Assembly (NCBI GenBank): GCA_045863335.1
Contig: BTVY01000003.1
Span: 64,001 to 128,000 of the forward strand
From: Candidatus Hydrogenedentota bacterium
GTDB taxonomy: Bacteria > Hydrogenedentota > Hydrogenedentia > Hydrogenedentales > SLHB01
Length of the DNA: 64,000 bases
Direction: 5' to 3'
The notes beneath the pieces were generated by a model, which was not told the DNA's origin, made no database searches, and worked only from the letters and a program-made list of their open reading frames with translations. The first letter of the stretch is position 1. Each line of letters begins with the position of its first letter. Below, in pieces: positions 38,966 through 49,598 of this stretch. The position numbers and the translations under genes were made by a program.

Positions 38966-40291
38966 TTACTCAGTGAACGCGGAGTAGATCGCGCGTACCG
39001 CGGAATCCAAATCCTTGTCTTCCACACCCACGATGATGTTGTTTTCAGAGGACCCCTGGTCGATGACGCGAATGTTCACGCTCGCATTCGCAAGCGCGCC
39101 GGTGAGCTTGGCCGCCACGCCGGTGTGACCGGCCATCCCTTGGCCGACCGTGGCGATGATCGCCAGACCGGGAGATAGGGAGACGCGGTCGGGCTGGCAC
39201 GTGCGTTCGATGGCTTTAAGCACCGCAGGACCGTGATTGGCGATTTCCTCGTCTCTCACAATGAGCGAAATCGTGTCGATGCCGGTCGGCATGTGTTCGA
39301 AGCTTACGCCGTGCTCTTCCAATACGGTGAGCACCCGGCGGCCAAATCCACGCTCCTTGTTCATCAGCGCCTTCTCGATATTGATCATCGTGAAACCCGA
39401 CCGGCCTGCCACACCGCAGATAATATCTTTCGATTCGCGCGCCGGGAGGATCATGGTCCCGGGATTGTCGGGATCCTTGGTGTTGCGGATATTGATGGGG
39501 ATGCCCGAATCGCGCACGGGGAAGATGGCTTCATCATGAAGGACCTGCGCCCCCATGTAGGCCAACTCGCGCAACTCCTGGTACGTAACCTCGTCGATGC
39601 GTTTGGCGCCCGGCACGATGCGCGGATCAGCCATGAGGAAACCCGATACGTCTGTCCAATTCTCGTACAGGCGCGATTTCGATGCGCGCGCCACGATCGC
39701 GCCGGTCACATCGCTGCCGCCACGGGAAAAGGTCCGAATCCGTCCGTCCGGCATGGAACCATAGAAACCCGGTATGACGAAACGTGTATCGCCTTTTAGT
39801 TTTGCGCCGAGCAGATCGTAGGTGACGGGATCGAGCAACCCTTCGTCGTCGAACTTGATGCACTCCGCCGGATCCACAAAAACGGCGCCCAACAATTTCG
39901 CGAGCAATTGACCGTTCAAGTACTCGCCGCGCGACGCCATGTAGTCCGGCGTGTCGTATTTCGCCGCTTCCTTGGCAATCTCTTCAAGCAGATCGTGCAC
40001 GGGAAACGCAATCTTGAGTTCCGTCGCAAGTTGCTCAAACCGGGCCGCGATCATCCCTCGCGGTTGGCTGGCGTCCAGATCTTGTCGCAGGAGATTGTGC
40101 CACGCGTACAAGAGATCCGTTATTTTCTTATCGTCGGGGCGGCGCTTGCCCGGCGCGGATGGCACGATGTGCTTGCGTTCATCGCTCGACAGGATGATTT
40201 TTTCGACTGCCCGGAAACAGTCGGAATCCGCTAAAGAACTTCCCCCGAATTTGCACGTAATCTGGCTCATGGCGGTACTGTGTGACTCCAT
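38966..40291 (-). CDS. lysC: Aspartate kinase
   Basis: KFGGSSLA, SRGE, TFSRGGSDVTG, WTDVSG, two ACT domains. Confidence 0.93.
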   Translation of the reverse strand: MESHSTAMSQITCKFGGSSLADSDCFRAVEKIILSSDERKHIVPSAPGKRRPDDKKITDLLYAWHNLLRQDLDASQPRGMIAARFEQLATELKIAFPVHDLLEEIAKEAAKYDTPDYMASRGEYLNGQLLAKLLGAVFVDPAECIKFDDEGLLDPVTYDLLGAKLKGDTRFVIPGFYGSMPDGRIRTFSRGGSDVTGAIVARASKSRLYENWTDVSGFLMADPRIVPGAKRIDEVTYQELRELAYMGAQVLHDEAIFPVRDSGIPINIRNTKDPDNPGTMILPARESKDIICGVAGRSGFTMINIEKALMNKERGFGRRVLTVLEEHGVSFEHMPTGIDTISLIVRDEEIANHGPAVLKAIERTCQPDRVSLSPGLAIIATVGQGMAGHTGVAAKLTGALANASVNIRVIDQGSSENNIIVGVEDKDLDSAVRAIYSAFTE

Positions 40292-40356
40292 CTCGTCGTC
40301 CGCGCGAACGCGGAACTCGCTATTGGCAAACGGGGCCTACATGCCCCGATCGATGT

Positions 40357-42315
40357 CTACGGCAAGAATGTGTCGAAGAAATAACGCTTGATATCGTTGA
40401 ACGTGACGAACAGCATCAACGCGATAATCAGGACTAGCCCAGCCTGTTGCACCCACTCCATGACGCGCGGACTCACGGGCTTGCGACGCACGCCCTCGAT
40501 GGTCAAGAAGACCAGGTGTCCCCCGTCGAGCACCGGCAGTGGCAGTAGATTGAACACGGCCAGGTTGATGCTGATGAACGCCGTGATTTCGAGCAACCAC
40601 GAATAGCCGATGCGCGCAGCCTGTGTCGTAATCTGGAAGATCATGACAGGGCCGCCGATGTCGTTCACCTTCAACCCGCCCGTCACCAGCAGCTCAAGCG
40701 TGCGCACGGTGCGGGTCAACGCCTGCCACGACAGATGAAACGCCTCGGGGATCACCTCTGACGGCGCGGCGCGATGAAACACCATCTTCGGCGCCCACGT
40801 TACGCCGACCTGTCCCGTGGGTACGACTGGCAACGTGACTTCCCGTGTTTCTCCTTCGCGCAGCACGCCAAAGCCGACCTCTGGAGTGCGCACGGTCAAC
40901 GTCACTGTCTCCCCAGGCCGGTCTTCAATGACGCCAAGGCCTTCCACGGTTGCCGGCTCGCCGTCGATCGCTTCGACGACGTCGTTGCGGAGCAATCCAG
41001 TCGCTTTCTGAACCTCATCGCTCAAATCCGCAATCACCGGTTTTGCCTGAAGATCGTAGGATGTCACCGCCTGCCGGATCTGGGCGAGCGTCAGTTGATT
41101 CTCCAGTTCTTCTGTTGAACCGCCGAAGAGTCCCGATTCGCGCTGAATGGTTACAGTGAGCGGTTCTGTCGAGCCGGATTCCGCCAAATCGCTCAACAAG
41201 CGCACATCGGCGGGCTGCCCATTGATGGTCTTGATCACGTCGCCGGTTTCCAGTTTGGTCGATCCAAGAAATCCGGGATCGGCGAAGAGCACGCTAAGCG
41301 ATTTGGGATCCGGCACAGCCAAGTACGAATGGGGCGCGGCAAACTGTAGGTCTTCGAACTGCCCAACGATGGCAGGCGTGATCGTTATGTCGACGGTTTC
41401 ATCTTCACGAAGCACCTTGAGTTCAATGGGGTTCTCGCCGGGATTCTCACTGACCATTTTGGTGAAGGTCTGGGAATCGACGATCTGTCCATTAGCGTGC
41501 GTGATAACGTCGTCGGCTTGAAGTCCTGCCTTGTCCGCGGCCGAGCCTTCGAGGACGCGTCCGACCAGGGCTGTCTGAAATGGCGCAACGCCGAACTGGG
41601 GATGATCTTCCTCCGTCTCGCGAATCGGTTGAACCTGCGAATGGTAGCGCGTCGTTTCGCCCGACGGGCCTGTGCGTTCGATCTCAATCCGCATCGGCTC
41701 GCCCGCGCTCAACACGGCATCGATAGCGACGTCGCTGATGTTGGCGACGGGCTTCCCATTGATGCTGACAATCCGGTCCCCTGTTTGCCACCCGAAGGCG
41801 TCCGGCTCTCCCGTGAGGTTTGCCGTTCCTCCATCCGGAATCTCAAACAGTGTGGCCGTCGCCGCGGGAGAATCGGGCCGGACCATGCCGATCCGGTTAT
41901 CGACCTTGTACTCCGGCACGTTGGCGCCAACGGCCGCAACGATTCCATACAAGAGCACCGCAAGGACGAGGTTCATGAATGGTCCCGCTGCGATTACGAT
42001 GACCCGTTGCCACACGGGCTTGTTTGAAAACCACCGCTCCGGCGGAATGTTGCCGTATTGCTCCTTGCGTTCATCATCGCTCAAGGGAACGTCTTCCTGC
42101 CCCGCCATCTTGACGTATCCCCCAATGGGGAGGAGGCCGATGCAATAGTCCGTCTCGCCGAACCGGAACCCGAACAGGCGCGGCGGCATGCCGAGGCTGA
42201 ATCGCTCGCAATAGATTCCGCAGGCTTTCGCAGCGAGGAAATGGCCCATTTCATGGAAGAAGACCAACTCCCCCAGTACAACGATGAAAACGACGATATT
42301 AAACAGATAATCCAA
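40357..42315 (-). CDS. rseP: RIP metalloprotease RseP with extended PDZ region
   Basis: HEMGH, PIGGYVKM, AGPFMN, NLLPLPVLDGGH. Confidence 0.93.
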   Translation of the reverse strand: MDYLFNIVVFIVVLGELVFFHEMGHFLAAKACGIYCERFSLGMPPRLFGFRFGETDYCIGLLPIGGYVKMAGQEDVPLSDDERKEQYGNIPPERWFSNKPVWQRVIVIAAGPFMNLVLAVLLYGIVAAVGANVPEYKVDNRIGMVRPDSPAATATLFEIPDGGTANLTGEPDAFGWQTGDRIVSINGKPVANISDVAIDAVLSAGEPMRIEIERTGPSGETTRYHSQVQPIRETEEDHPQFGVAPFQTALVGRVLEGSAADKAGLQADDVITHANGQIVDSQTFTKMVSENPGENPIELKVLREDETVDITITPAIVGQFEDLQFAAPHSYLAVPDPKSLSVLFADPGFLGSTKLETGDVIKTINGQPADVRLLSDLAESGSTEPLTVTIQRESGLFGGSTEELENQLTLAQIRQAVTSYDLQAKPVIADLSDEVQKATGLLRNDVVEAIDGEPATVEGLGVIEDRPGETVTLTVRTPEVGFGVLREGETREVTLPVVPTGQVGVTWAPKMVFHRAAPSEVIPEAFHLSWQALTRTVRTLELLVTGGLKVNDIGGPVMIFQITTQAARIGYSWLLEITAFISINLAVFNLLPLPVLDGGHLVFLTIEGVRRKPVSPRVMEWVQQAGLVLIIALMLFVTFNDIKRYFFDTFLP

Positions 42316-42316
42316 T

Positions 42317-43471
42317 TCAGACTCCCAGAGCAGTCATCGCGCGTTCGGCGCGCGCGCGCGCATCCTGGTCCGCGGCAATCACGGACTCCAACGTTATCTC
42401 CGATTCGAAGGTTGATTCTTCCAGTACTTCATGAACAACATCGCTAATGCGAAGAAATTCCAATCGTCCTTGGCAAAAGGCGCTTACGGCAGCCTCGTTT
42501 GCAGCATTCAGAATCGCCGGCGCGTTTCCACCCAGGCGTGCCACTTCCAAGGCATAAGCCAGGCAGGGAAATTCGGAAAAGTCCGGCTTCGCGAAAGTCA
42601 GTTCGCGCATGGTCGTCAGATCCAAACGTCCCATCGGCGTGGGAACGCGATCGGGCCATGTCAGGGCGAACTGAATCGGGAACTTCATATCCGTCAATCC
42701 GAGGTGCGCCAGAATGCTTCCATCCGTGAATTCGACCAGGCTGTGAATGATGCTCTGCGGATGAATCACGACCTCCACTTTGCTGAGCGGAAGGCCGAAC
42801 AGCCACATGGCCTCGATCACTTCGAGACCCTTGTTCATCAACGTGGCCGAGTCCACACTGATCTTCGCGCCCATGTCCCACGTGGGGTGCCGCGTCGCCT
42901 GGGCCGGCGTCACGCCGACGAGCGACTCGCGCGGCTTGCCGTAGAAGGGACCGCCCGAAGCCGTGAGGTGGATGCACTGAAGGTTCTCGATGCCGTGTCC
43001 ATGCAGACACTGGAAAATGGCGTTGTGCTCGCTGTCGACGGGCAATACGTCCACGCCCTGCTTCCGCGCGCGCTCCATAACGACCGGCCCGGCCATCACC
43101 AGTGGTTCCTTATTGGCCAGCGCGATCCGGTTCCCGGCGTCGATGGCCCGGAGAATGGGTTTCAGGCCGACCGCGCCGACCATGCCGCAAAGGACGACGT
43201 CGACCGGAACCGAAGCGAGTTCTTCAAGGGCTTCGAGACCCGCCGCGAAGGCGCAAGATTCGGGACATGGCGAGAATCGCTTGGCGGCCTCACCATCCAC
43301 GAGTACTGCATGTTTCGGCGCGAACTCCGCGACTTGTTCCGCCAACAATTCCGCGTTGGACCGTGCGGCGAGTCCGGCCACTTCAAAACGCTCGGGATAA
43401 TGGCGCACCACGTCCAACGCGCTGCGCCCGATGGATCCAGTGGAACCCAGTATCGTAATTCGCTTCTTCAA
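42317..43471 (-). CDS. dxr: 1-deoxy-D-xylulose-5-phosphate reductoisomerase
   Basis: ILGSTGSIG, LANKE, PVDSEH, TASGGPF, NKGLE; TTG start overlapping the ptsI stop. Confidence 0.96.
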   Translation of the reverse strand: MKKRITILGSTGSIGRSALDVVRHYPERFEVAGLAARSNAELLAEQVAEFAPKHAVLVDGEAAKRFSPCPESCAFAAGLEALEELASVPVDVVLCGMVGAVGLKPILRAIDAGNRIALANKEPLVMAGPVVMERARKQGVDVLPVDSEHNAIFQCLHGHGIENLQCIHLTASGGPFYGKPRESLVGVTPAQATRHPTWDMGAKISVDSATLMNKGLEVIEAMWLFGLPLSKVEVVIHPQSIIHSLVEFTDGSILAHLGLTDMKFPIQFALTWPDRVPTPMGRLDLTTMRELTFAKPDFSEFPCLAYALEVARLGGNAPAILNAANEAAVSAFCQGRLEFLRISDVVHEVLEESTFESEITLESVIAADQDARARAERAMTALGV

Positions 43472-45249
43472 GAGGCGTCGTCCTGTTGCGATTTCGCGAG
43501 GATATCGTGCATGTACACGTCCATCGACCGGCGCTGGGCGTACCGTTTGTGCAGCGTCTCCCGGATTTCGGCGACGGAACCCATCCGCATGATTCGTGCC
43601 GCGAAGCGCTTCGCCTGAGAATAGCGAACGCTGGCAATCTCCGCGCGCACCGCCGGAATGGCCACCGCGGACATGCTGAGCGACGTAATGCCAAGTCCGA
43701 TGAGCAGCTCGGTGAAGACCGGGTCGCCGGCCATTTCGCCACACACCGCGCAGGGGATCTTTGCGGTTCCGGCCGCCTTGATCGTGCGCCGGATCATGCG
43801 AAGCACCGCGGGATGTCCGGGTTCGTACATGTGCGCGATCTTCTCGTTCACCCGGTCGACCGCGAGAGAGTATTGGATGAGATCGTTGGTCCCGATGCTG
43901 AAAAAATCACATTCCTTGGCGAGAAGATCCGCGATCTCCACCGCCGACGGCACCTCGATCATGGTGCCGATGGGTATCTTCTTCTTGAAGGGAACCCCGC
44001 GCTTTTCGAGGTCTGCCGCAACCTCGCGGACAATGTCCTTGACGCGGAGGAACTCGTCGAGCCCGCTGATGAGGGGGAACATAATCTGCACGTGGCCATG
44101 CACGCTCGCCCGGAACATGGCCCGTAGTTGCGCCTTGAAAATGTCCGGGCGCTCCAGGCAAAAACGGATCGCTCGCCAGCCCAACTGGGGATTGATCTCC
44201 TGCGCCAGGTGCAGATGGCTCACAAACTTGTCTCCGCCCAGATCGAGCGTCCGAAGCGTGACCGGCGCCGGGTTCATCGCCTTGGCTGCTTCGCTGTACG
44301 CTTCGTACTGCTCCTCTTCTGTGGGCAAGGTCGTGCGGTTCAGGAAGAGGTACTCGGTACGATACAACCCAATGCCCTGGGCCTTCGATTTCAGGCTGTG
44401 GGACAACTCGAGGGGAAGCTCGATGTTGGCCTGCGTCGGCACCTTGTGTCCGTCCTTCGTCACGCTCGGACGAAGCTCTGCGGCGAGCAAGGCCTTCCGG
44501 CTACGTTCTTCCCGGGCCTTTTCCTCGGTATACCGGGACAACGTTTTCTCGTTCGGCCTAATTACGACGACGCCGTTCGTGCCATCCACCACGATGGTGT
44601 CACCCGGCAACGCATGGGATCCCACAAACTTCAATCCCACGACAGCGGGAATCTCGAACGCGCGCGCGAGAATAGCGGTGTGCGATGTGGGTCCGCTCAA
44701 GTCAGTCGCCAGTCCCAGCGTGTTTGTCATGTCCAGCTTGGCGGCGTCCGAAGGCGAAAGATCGTGCGCTACAACAACTGACGGCTGATCCATATGGTCG
44801 AGCCCGTCCACGTTTGCGTTCAGCAGCCGGCCAAGAATCCGGTTGCCCACGTCCACCAGGTCCTGCGTACGTTCGCGAAATCGCATGTCGGGTACGGACG
44901 CCATGATCTTGGTGTACCGGGCAATCCATTCACCGACGAGAAATTCCGCGTTGAGGTGTTCGTCCACAACGCGGCGCTCAACCTCTTCGCGGAGGGTCAC
45001 ATCCTCAAGAAACATGAGGTGCGCCTTGAAGATGTCCGCGTGCTCTTCACCAATCGCTTCCGCAGTTCGCTCGTAAAGCCGCTCGAGTTCGCCCCGCACC
45101 GCAATCACGGCCCGCTCGAAGCGCGCAAGCTCCGCATCGACATCCTTTACTTCATACTTGGGGATGTCGAAGGACTGGACTCCAAACGTGAGTGTGGGTC
45201 CAATGGCGATACCAGGAGACACGCCTATGCCACGAATGGTGACTTCCAC
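43468..45249 (-). CDS. ptsI: PTS enzyme I
   Basis: TSHTAILAR, GIGLYRTE, RTLDLGGDK, SIGTNDL, CGEMAG. Confidence 0.96.
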   Translation of the reverse strand: MEVTIRGIGVSPGIAIGPTLTFGVQSFDIPKYEVKDVDAELARFERAVIAVRGELERLYERTAEAIGEEHADIFKAHLMFLEDVTLREEVERRVVDEHLNAEFLVGEWIARYTKIMASVPDMRFRERTQDLVDVGNRILGRLLNANVDGLDHMDQPSVVVAHDLSPSDAAKLDMTNTLGLATDLSGPTSHTAILARAFEIPAVVGLKFVGSHALPGDTIVVDGTNGVVVIRPNEKTLSRYTEEKAREERSRKALLAAELRPSVTKDGHKVPTQANIELPLELSHSLKSKAQGIGLYRTEYLFLNRTTLPTEEEQYEAYSEAAKAMNPAPVTLRTLDLGGDKFVSHLHLAQEINPQLGWRAIRFCLERPDIFKAQLRAMFRASVHGHVQIMFPLISGLDEFLRVKDIVREVAADLEKRGVPFKKKIPIGTMIEVPSAVEIADLLAKECDFFSIGTNDLIQYSLAVDRVNEKIAHMYEPGHPAVLRMIRRTIKAAGTAKIPCAVCGEMAGDPVFTELLIGLGITSLSMSAVAIPAVRAEIASVRYSQAKRFAARIMRMGSVAEIRETLHKRYAQRRSMDVYMHDILAKSQQDDAS

Positions 45250-45522
45250 TTACGTCTCTCCGAAGCCGGACTCGATCAGGTCCCGCACGGCCTTCATGGC
45301 TTCCTCGGCATCCGGACCGCTGCAGGTCACTTGGAGGACGCTGCCCTGCGCGGCTGCCAGGGTTAACAACCCCATGATGCTCTTCGCGTTAACGCGGTGT
45401 CCGTTCAGCGAAATGTGGACATCGCTCTGGTACTTCAGAACCGTCTGCACCACCGACGCCGCCGGTCTCGCGTGAAGGCCTAGGGTATTTGTAATCCGCA
45501 ATTCTTCTGTTAAATCAGGCAT
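45250..45522 (-). CDS. ptsH: Phosphocarrier HPr
   Basis: GLHARPAA (His15), NAKSIMGLL (Ser46). Confidence 0.94.
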   Translation of the reverse strand: MPDLTEELRITNTLGLHARPAASVVQTVLKYQSDVHISLNGHRVNAKSIMGLLTLAAAQGSVLQVTCSGPDAEEAMKAVRDLIESGFGET

Positions 45523-45740
45523 GATGAGGTCAACTACGGTCCATTTGTGTGTTAAACGCGCGTGCCGGAGGGGGCGCGTGGTCCATTTGAACACAAGACA
45601 GAAGCGTCGGCGGGTCGCGCCGAGGCATCAACACGGGCAGCGCAGTTCCCGGTTCTACGTGCAACCGGTGCGCGGCTACTAAGTATAAGTCAGGAAAAGC
45701 CAGAAATCAAAAGGATTTAGCTTTGGCCAGCGCCCCGAAG

Positions 45741-46625
45741 CTAAGCCCCGCCCTCCGGCGATCGCGCAATGTCCCGATGGCGCAATCGGGTGGGGAGATC
45801 CATCTCCCGGACGCAACCCGCAAGCTCCCGCGCAACCGCCACGGACCGGTGCCGGCCGCCCGTGCACCCCACCGCGATCGTCAGATACGCCTTGGGTTCC
45901 GCAGCGTATCGGGGAACGAGGAATCGCAGCAACCCTTTGACGCGATCCAGGAACTCTACCGCCTCGGGATTGTCGAGAACGTACGCGCTCACGCGGGGCT
46001 CTTCTCCGCTGTACGGACGAAGCTCGGCATCGTAATGGGGGTTCGGCAGGAATCGAACATCGAATACCAGGTCAGCTTCCGGAGGGACGCCATGTTTGAA
46101 ACCGAAGGACAGAACGCCGACAGACATCTTGTGGGTCTTCTGATCCGCCTGAAACACGCCCGCGACCCGTTCCCGAAGTTGCGCTATCGACAAGGTGCTC
46201 GTATCCACCAGAAGGTCTGCGCGGCCGCGAATGGGGGAGAGCAGTTCCCGTTCGCGCGCGATCCCTTCCTCCACGCTCCCCCGGGAAGCCGCGGGATGAC
46301 GGCGGCGAGTTTCGCTGTACCGTTTGAGCAACACCGCATCGGTGCTTTCGAGGAACAGCACCTCGGGACGGATCCCCATCTCCGCTACCTCGTCGAGGTA
46401 GGCGGGCAGATTCCGCAGGTCTTCTCCGCCGCGCACGTCCACGCAGACCGCAATGCGCGCCCGCGGTTTCACGCTCCGGGCGCCGAGTTCGGCAATGGTG
46501 GGAACCAGCGAAGGGGGGAGGTTGTCGACGCAGTAGTAGCCGAGGTCTTCGAGCATCCGGAGAACCTGGCTCTTGCCCGCGCCCGATAACCCCGATACCA
46601 CCACGAACCGGGACTGTTCAGGCAT
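45741..46625 (-). CDS. rapZ: RNase adapter RapZ
   Basis: GLSGAGKS, SFGFKHG, DVRFLPNP, GCTGGRHRSV. Confidence 0.95.
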   Translation of the reverse strand: MPEQSRFVVVSGLSGAGKSQVLRMLEDLGYYCVDNLPPSLVPTIAELGARSVKPRARIAVCVDVRGGEDLRNLPAYLDEVAEMGIRPEVLFLESTDAVLLKRYSETRRRHPAASRGSVEEGIARERELLSPIRGRADLLVDTSTLSIAQLRERVAGVFQADQKTHKMSVGVLSFGFKHGVPPEADLVFDVRFLPNPHYDAELRPYSGEEPRVSAYVLDNPEAVEFLDRVKGLLRFLVPRYAAEPKAYLTIAVGCTGGRHRSVAVARELAGCVREMDLPTRLRHRDIARSPEGGA

Positions 46626-47589
46626 CTCCGCTGCTCATCAGGCTCAGGAGCCTTTCATTGAGTTTCTGCGCGGGATGCACGCCCAACTCTTTCAGGCGAT
46701 GGTTGAGCGCCGCCACTTCGAGGATAATGGCGATGTTGCGGCCCGGACGTACGGGAATCAGCAGGTAGGGGATGCGCACGCCCAGCACGGTCACGAATTC
46801 TTCCGTCAGGCCCGTGCGATCGTATTCGGACTCCTTGCTCCATTCCTCCAATTCGACCACGAGACCGATGCGCTTCGAGTTGCGCACCCGGCCCACGCCG
46901 TAGACGCTCTTGATGTCGATGATGCCGATCCCGCGGATTTCCATGTGGTGCTCGATGACTGGCGACGACTCCGCATAAAGCGAGTCTTCGCGGCGGCGTT
47001 TTAAGGCCACGACATCGTCCGCCACAATGCGGTGCCCGCGTTCGACCAGTTCCAGCGCCGTTTCACTCTTACCAATGCCAGGCGCACCGACAATCAGACA
47101 GCCTACGCCGTAACAGTCCACCGCCGACCCGTGCACGATCGTCTCCGGCGAGAATTCCTCCGCGAGAAACAGGATGATGCGGCTGATAACTTCGTCCGTC
47201 GTTTTCTTGCTGCGCAATACCGGAATCCCGCGACGGTTGCACATGTCCATGAAGATGTTGCTGGGCTTCAATCCGCGGGAAAGGAGAAAGGCGGGGACTT
47301 CAAAGGAAAACATGTTTTCCAGGCGGTGCTGCAACTCCGCCGGAGACAGTTGCTCCATGTAGTGAATCTCGGTATTGCCGAGGATCTGGATGCGGTCGCT
47401 GGCGAAGTAGTCGAGATACCCGCCCAACGCCAGCCCCGGGCGATTGATATCCGACGTGAACACGGACCGGCCAATCCCCTGGAATCCGCACATCACTTCC
47501 AGTTCCAGGTCCGCCGACATGGCGTCGAGCAGTCGCGCCACGGCGATACTGCTCTTGCGGTTCACTGGAAGATTGAGGGTGTCCATCAA
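46618..47589 (-). CDS. hprK: HPr kinase/phosphorylase
   Basis: RPGLAL.G, GIGKSETALEL, ADD, HMEIRGIGII, PGRN. Confidence 0.95.
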   Translation of the reverse strand: MMDTLNLPVNRKSSIAVARLLDAMSADLELEVMCGFQGIGRSVFTSDINRPGLALGGYLDYFASDRIQILGNTEIHYMEQLSPAELQHRLENMFSFEVPAFLLSRGLKPSNIFMDMCNRRGIPVLRSKKTTDEVISRIILFLAEEFSPETIVHGSAVDCYGVGCLIVGAPGIGKSETALELVERGHRIVADDVVALKRRREDSLYAESSPVIEHHMEIRGIGIIDIKSVYGVGRVRNSKRIGLVVELEEWSKESEYDRTGLTEEFVTVLGVRIPYLLIPVRPGRNIAIILEVAALNHRLKELGVHPAQKLNERLLSLMSSGDA

Positions 47590-47656
47590 TACCCCTTAAG
47601 GACGGGTCGCTTGCTGGAGGGACGCCTACGAGGCCTTCCCTCACCCACGCGTAGAA

Positions 47657-48223
47657 TCAGAATTCCTGTTCGATCAACCCGAATGTGCCGTCGTTCTTGG
47701 CGTAAAGCACATTGACCTGCTGCGAGTCGGCATTCAGGAAGACGAGGAACGTGTCGTTGCTCAGGTCCAACTGAAGCGCCGCCTCGTCCACGCTCATCGG
47801 CTTCATCGTGAGCGGTTCCCGCACGATGGTGCGCGGTCCGCCCGTTTCGGTCGCGACCGCCGCTTCCTCATGCTCTGCTTCTACCGCCGCGCTCATTTCG
47901 CCCGTCGGCATCACCGTCACCTTGCCCTTGCGTGGCTGGAATCGATGGTTCTTGTCCTTGAACTTCAGGATTTGCCGGTCAATCTTGTCGATGACCGTGT
48001 CCACCGAAGCGTACATGTCGCCCGACGACTCTTTGCCGTGAATTCGAACGCCGTTCGCGTGGACCGTGATTTCTGCAATGTGCCGGTGCTTTTCCACCGT
48101 CAACACGACGTCCACGTCGATGACCTTGTCGAAGTGCGCCCGAACTTTGTTCAGGCGGTCTTCCACATGGGACTTCAACGCATCCGTCATTTCCAAGTGT
48201 CGGCCCGCAATCGAAACGCGCAT
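47657..48223 (-). CDS. hpf: Ribosome hibernation promoting factor (long HPF)
   Basis: GRHLEMTDAL, DMYASVD, C-terminal KPMSVDEAALQL. Confidence 0.92.
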   Translation of the reverse strand: MRVSIAGRHLEMTDALKSHVEDRLNKVRAHFDKVIDVDVVLTVEKHRHIAEITVHANGVRIHGKESSGDMYASVDTVIDKIDRQILKFKDKNHRFQPRKGKVTVMPTGEMSAAVEAEHEEAAVATETGGPRTIVREPLTMKPMSVDEAALQLDLSNDTFLVFLNADSQQVNVLYAKNDGTFGLIEQEF

Positions 48224-48334
48224 AATCTCCCGTACCTCCACTACTTACCAAGACCTTGAGGGGCAATTCAGGATCGTAGCACCGCACGCCGCACTCTGTC
48301 AATTTGTATACCCTGGCAGCACGTGCGGCCGGCC

Positions 48335-49447
48335 TTAGTCTTGCGCCGGTTTCGCGGAAAACTCTGTGTATACGCGCTTCATCACCTCCATCTTGCCGTC
48401 ATCCGCCGCGACGCTGCCGATGGCAAACATCATGACACCGGCACTCGTTGCTTCGAGTCCGTGACGCAATACGGTTTCGAATTCCGCGGGCGGGATGTGG
48501 GGCCGGTCCTGCGCCTGCACGATGGGGATCATCTTCGGGAACGTACCTGGTTCCTGCGAGATCGGATGCCGTTTGCTGAAATACTCGACGTATTCGCGCA
48601 CGTAGTCCGGCGACTTGCCCGCCCGCCCGTGGTAGATCATGGGCGAATATACGTCCACATACGGTTCCATGGCCTTGTAGTCGAGGCCGAGACAGCGCCG
48701 GCGCGCGCCCCAGAGGTCCTCGTCTTTCCAGGCGGCCTGATAATTGCCGACCAGCGCGTTTGGCCGCAGTTCCTTCACGGTGTCGTGAATCTCGCGCGCC
48801 CAATCGACGATGATGAAAACGCGCCAGTCTTCCCATTGCTTCGCCGCGTTCAGAAAAATCCATTCCGCCCGCTCCGGAATGGTCTCGCCGGGCACTTCCA
48901 ATTCCGCCCACGCCTCGAAGGCGGAAACACAGGAATCATTGAAACAAGTCTTCACAAACACGGGATAAGGATCCTCGAATTGCCCGTGCCAGTGGAGGTA
49001 GTCCATCCAGACCCCGTCAACCTCGTAATTCGTCAACAGCTCGCGCAACGCCGTCATGCGGTATTCGCGAAACGCCTCGTTTGTCGGACACACGCCCATG
49101 AACCAGGTCGCCGCAGGCGCGGGATTCCCCGTATCGTCAATGGGATGGGCCTCGGGGTGGTTCTGCACGTAGTCGCCGTACTTCCCGTTCAGCGTGGCGA
49201 ATTCCGCGAACAGCAGGCATCCCTCGGCGCGCACCCGCTCCACGGTTTCAGCGTTGATCGCCCCTGCATGAATGAATGCGGCATTGACCCCGTACTCGCC
49301 CAGGTGCCCGCCTTTATCCCAGAACGCCTTCGGGTGCCCATAGGTTCCCAACACGGGTTGCGGCAACGTCACCGGTTCCGCGAGCGCAGGAACTCCGAAG
49401 CCCGCGCCAAGTGCGACGAAAATGAATATCGAGCGGATTTCAATCAT
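48335..49447 (-). CDS. Secreted glycoside-hydrolase-like TIM-barrel protein (GHL10/DUF187-like)
   Basis: Signal peptide; CPTN, YEVDGVWMDY, PMIY motifs. Confidence 0.65.
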   Translation of the reverse strand: MIEIRSIFIFVALGAGFGVPALAEPVTLPQPVLGTYGHPKAFWDKGGHLGEYGVNAAFIHAGAINAETVERVRAEGCLLFAEFATLNGKYGDYVQNHPEAHPIDDTGNPAPAATWFMGVCPTNEAFREYRMTALRELLTNYEVDGVWMDYLHWHGQFEDPYPVFVKTCFNDSCVSAFEAWAELEVPGETIPERAEWIFLNAAKQWEDWRVFIIVDWAREIHDTVKELRPNALVGNYQAAWKDEDLWGARRRCLGLDYKAMEPYVDVYSPMIYHGRAGKSPDYVREYVEYFSKRHPISQEPGTFPKMIPIVQAQDRPHIPPAEFETVLRHGLEATSAGVMMFAIGSVAADDGKMEVMKRVYTEFSAKPAQD

Positions 49448-49598
49448 GCTAGACAGCCTCCCAGCAGGTTTCATCCACCTTACCATACGCCTGGCGAGGC
49501 ATGCTTTTGGATCAACGTGGGCGAGGAGAAGGGCCGGGATCCAACGTACCGCAACCAGTCCGCCATAGTACCAACGAAAGACTTACAGTAGTTCGTGT

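Noticed and set aside
45523-45740. Possible structured ncRNA between rapZ and ptsH (repeated GGTCCATTTG, imperfect hairpin)
   Set aside because: No recognisable family features; pairing is weak
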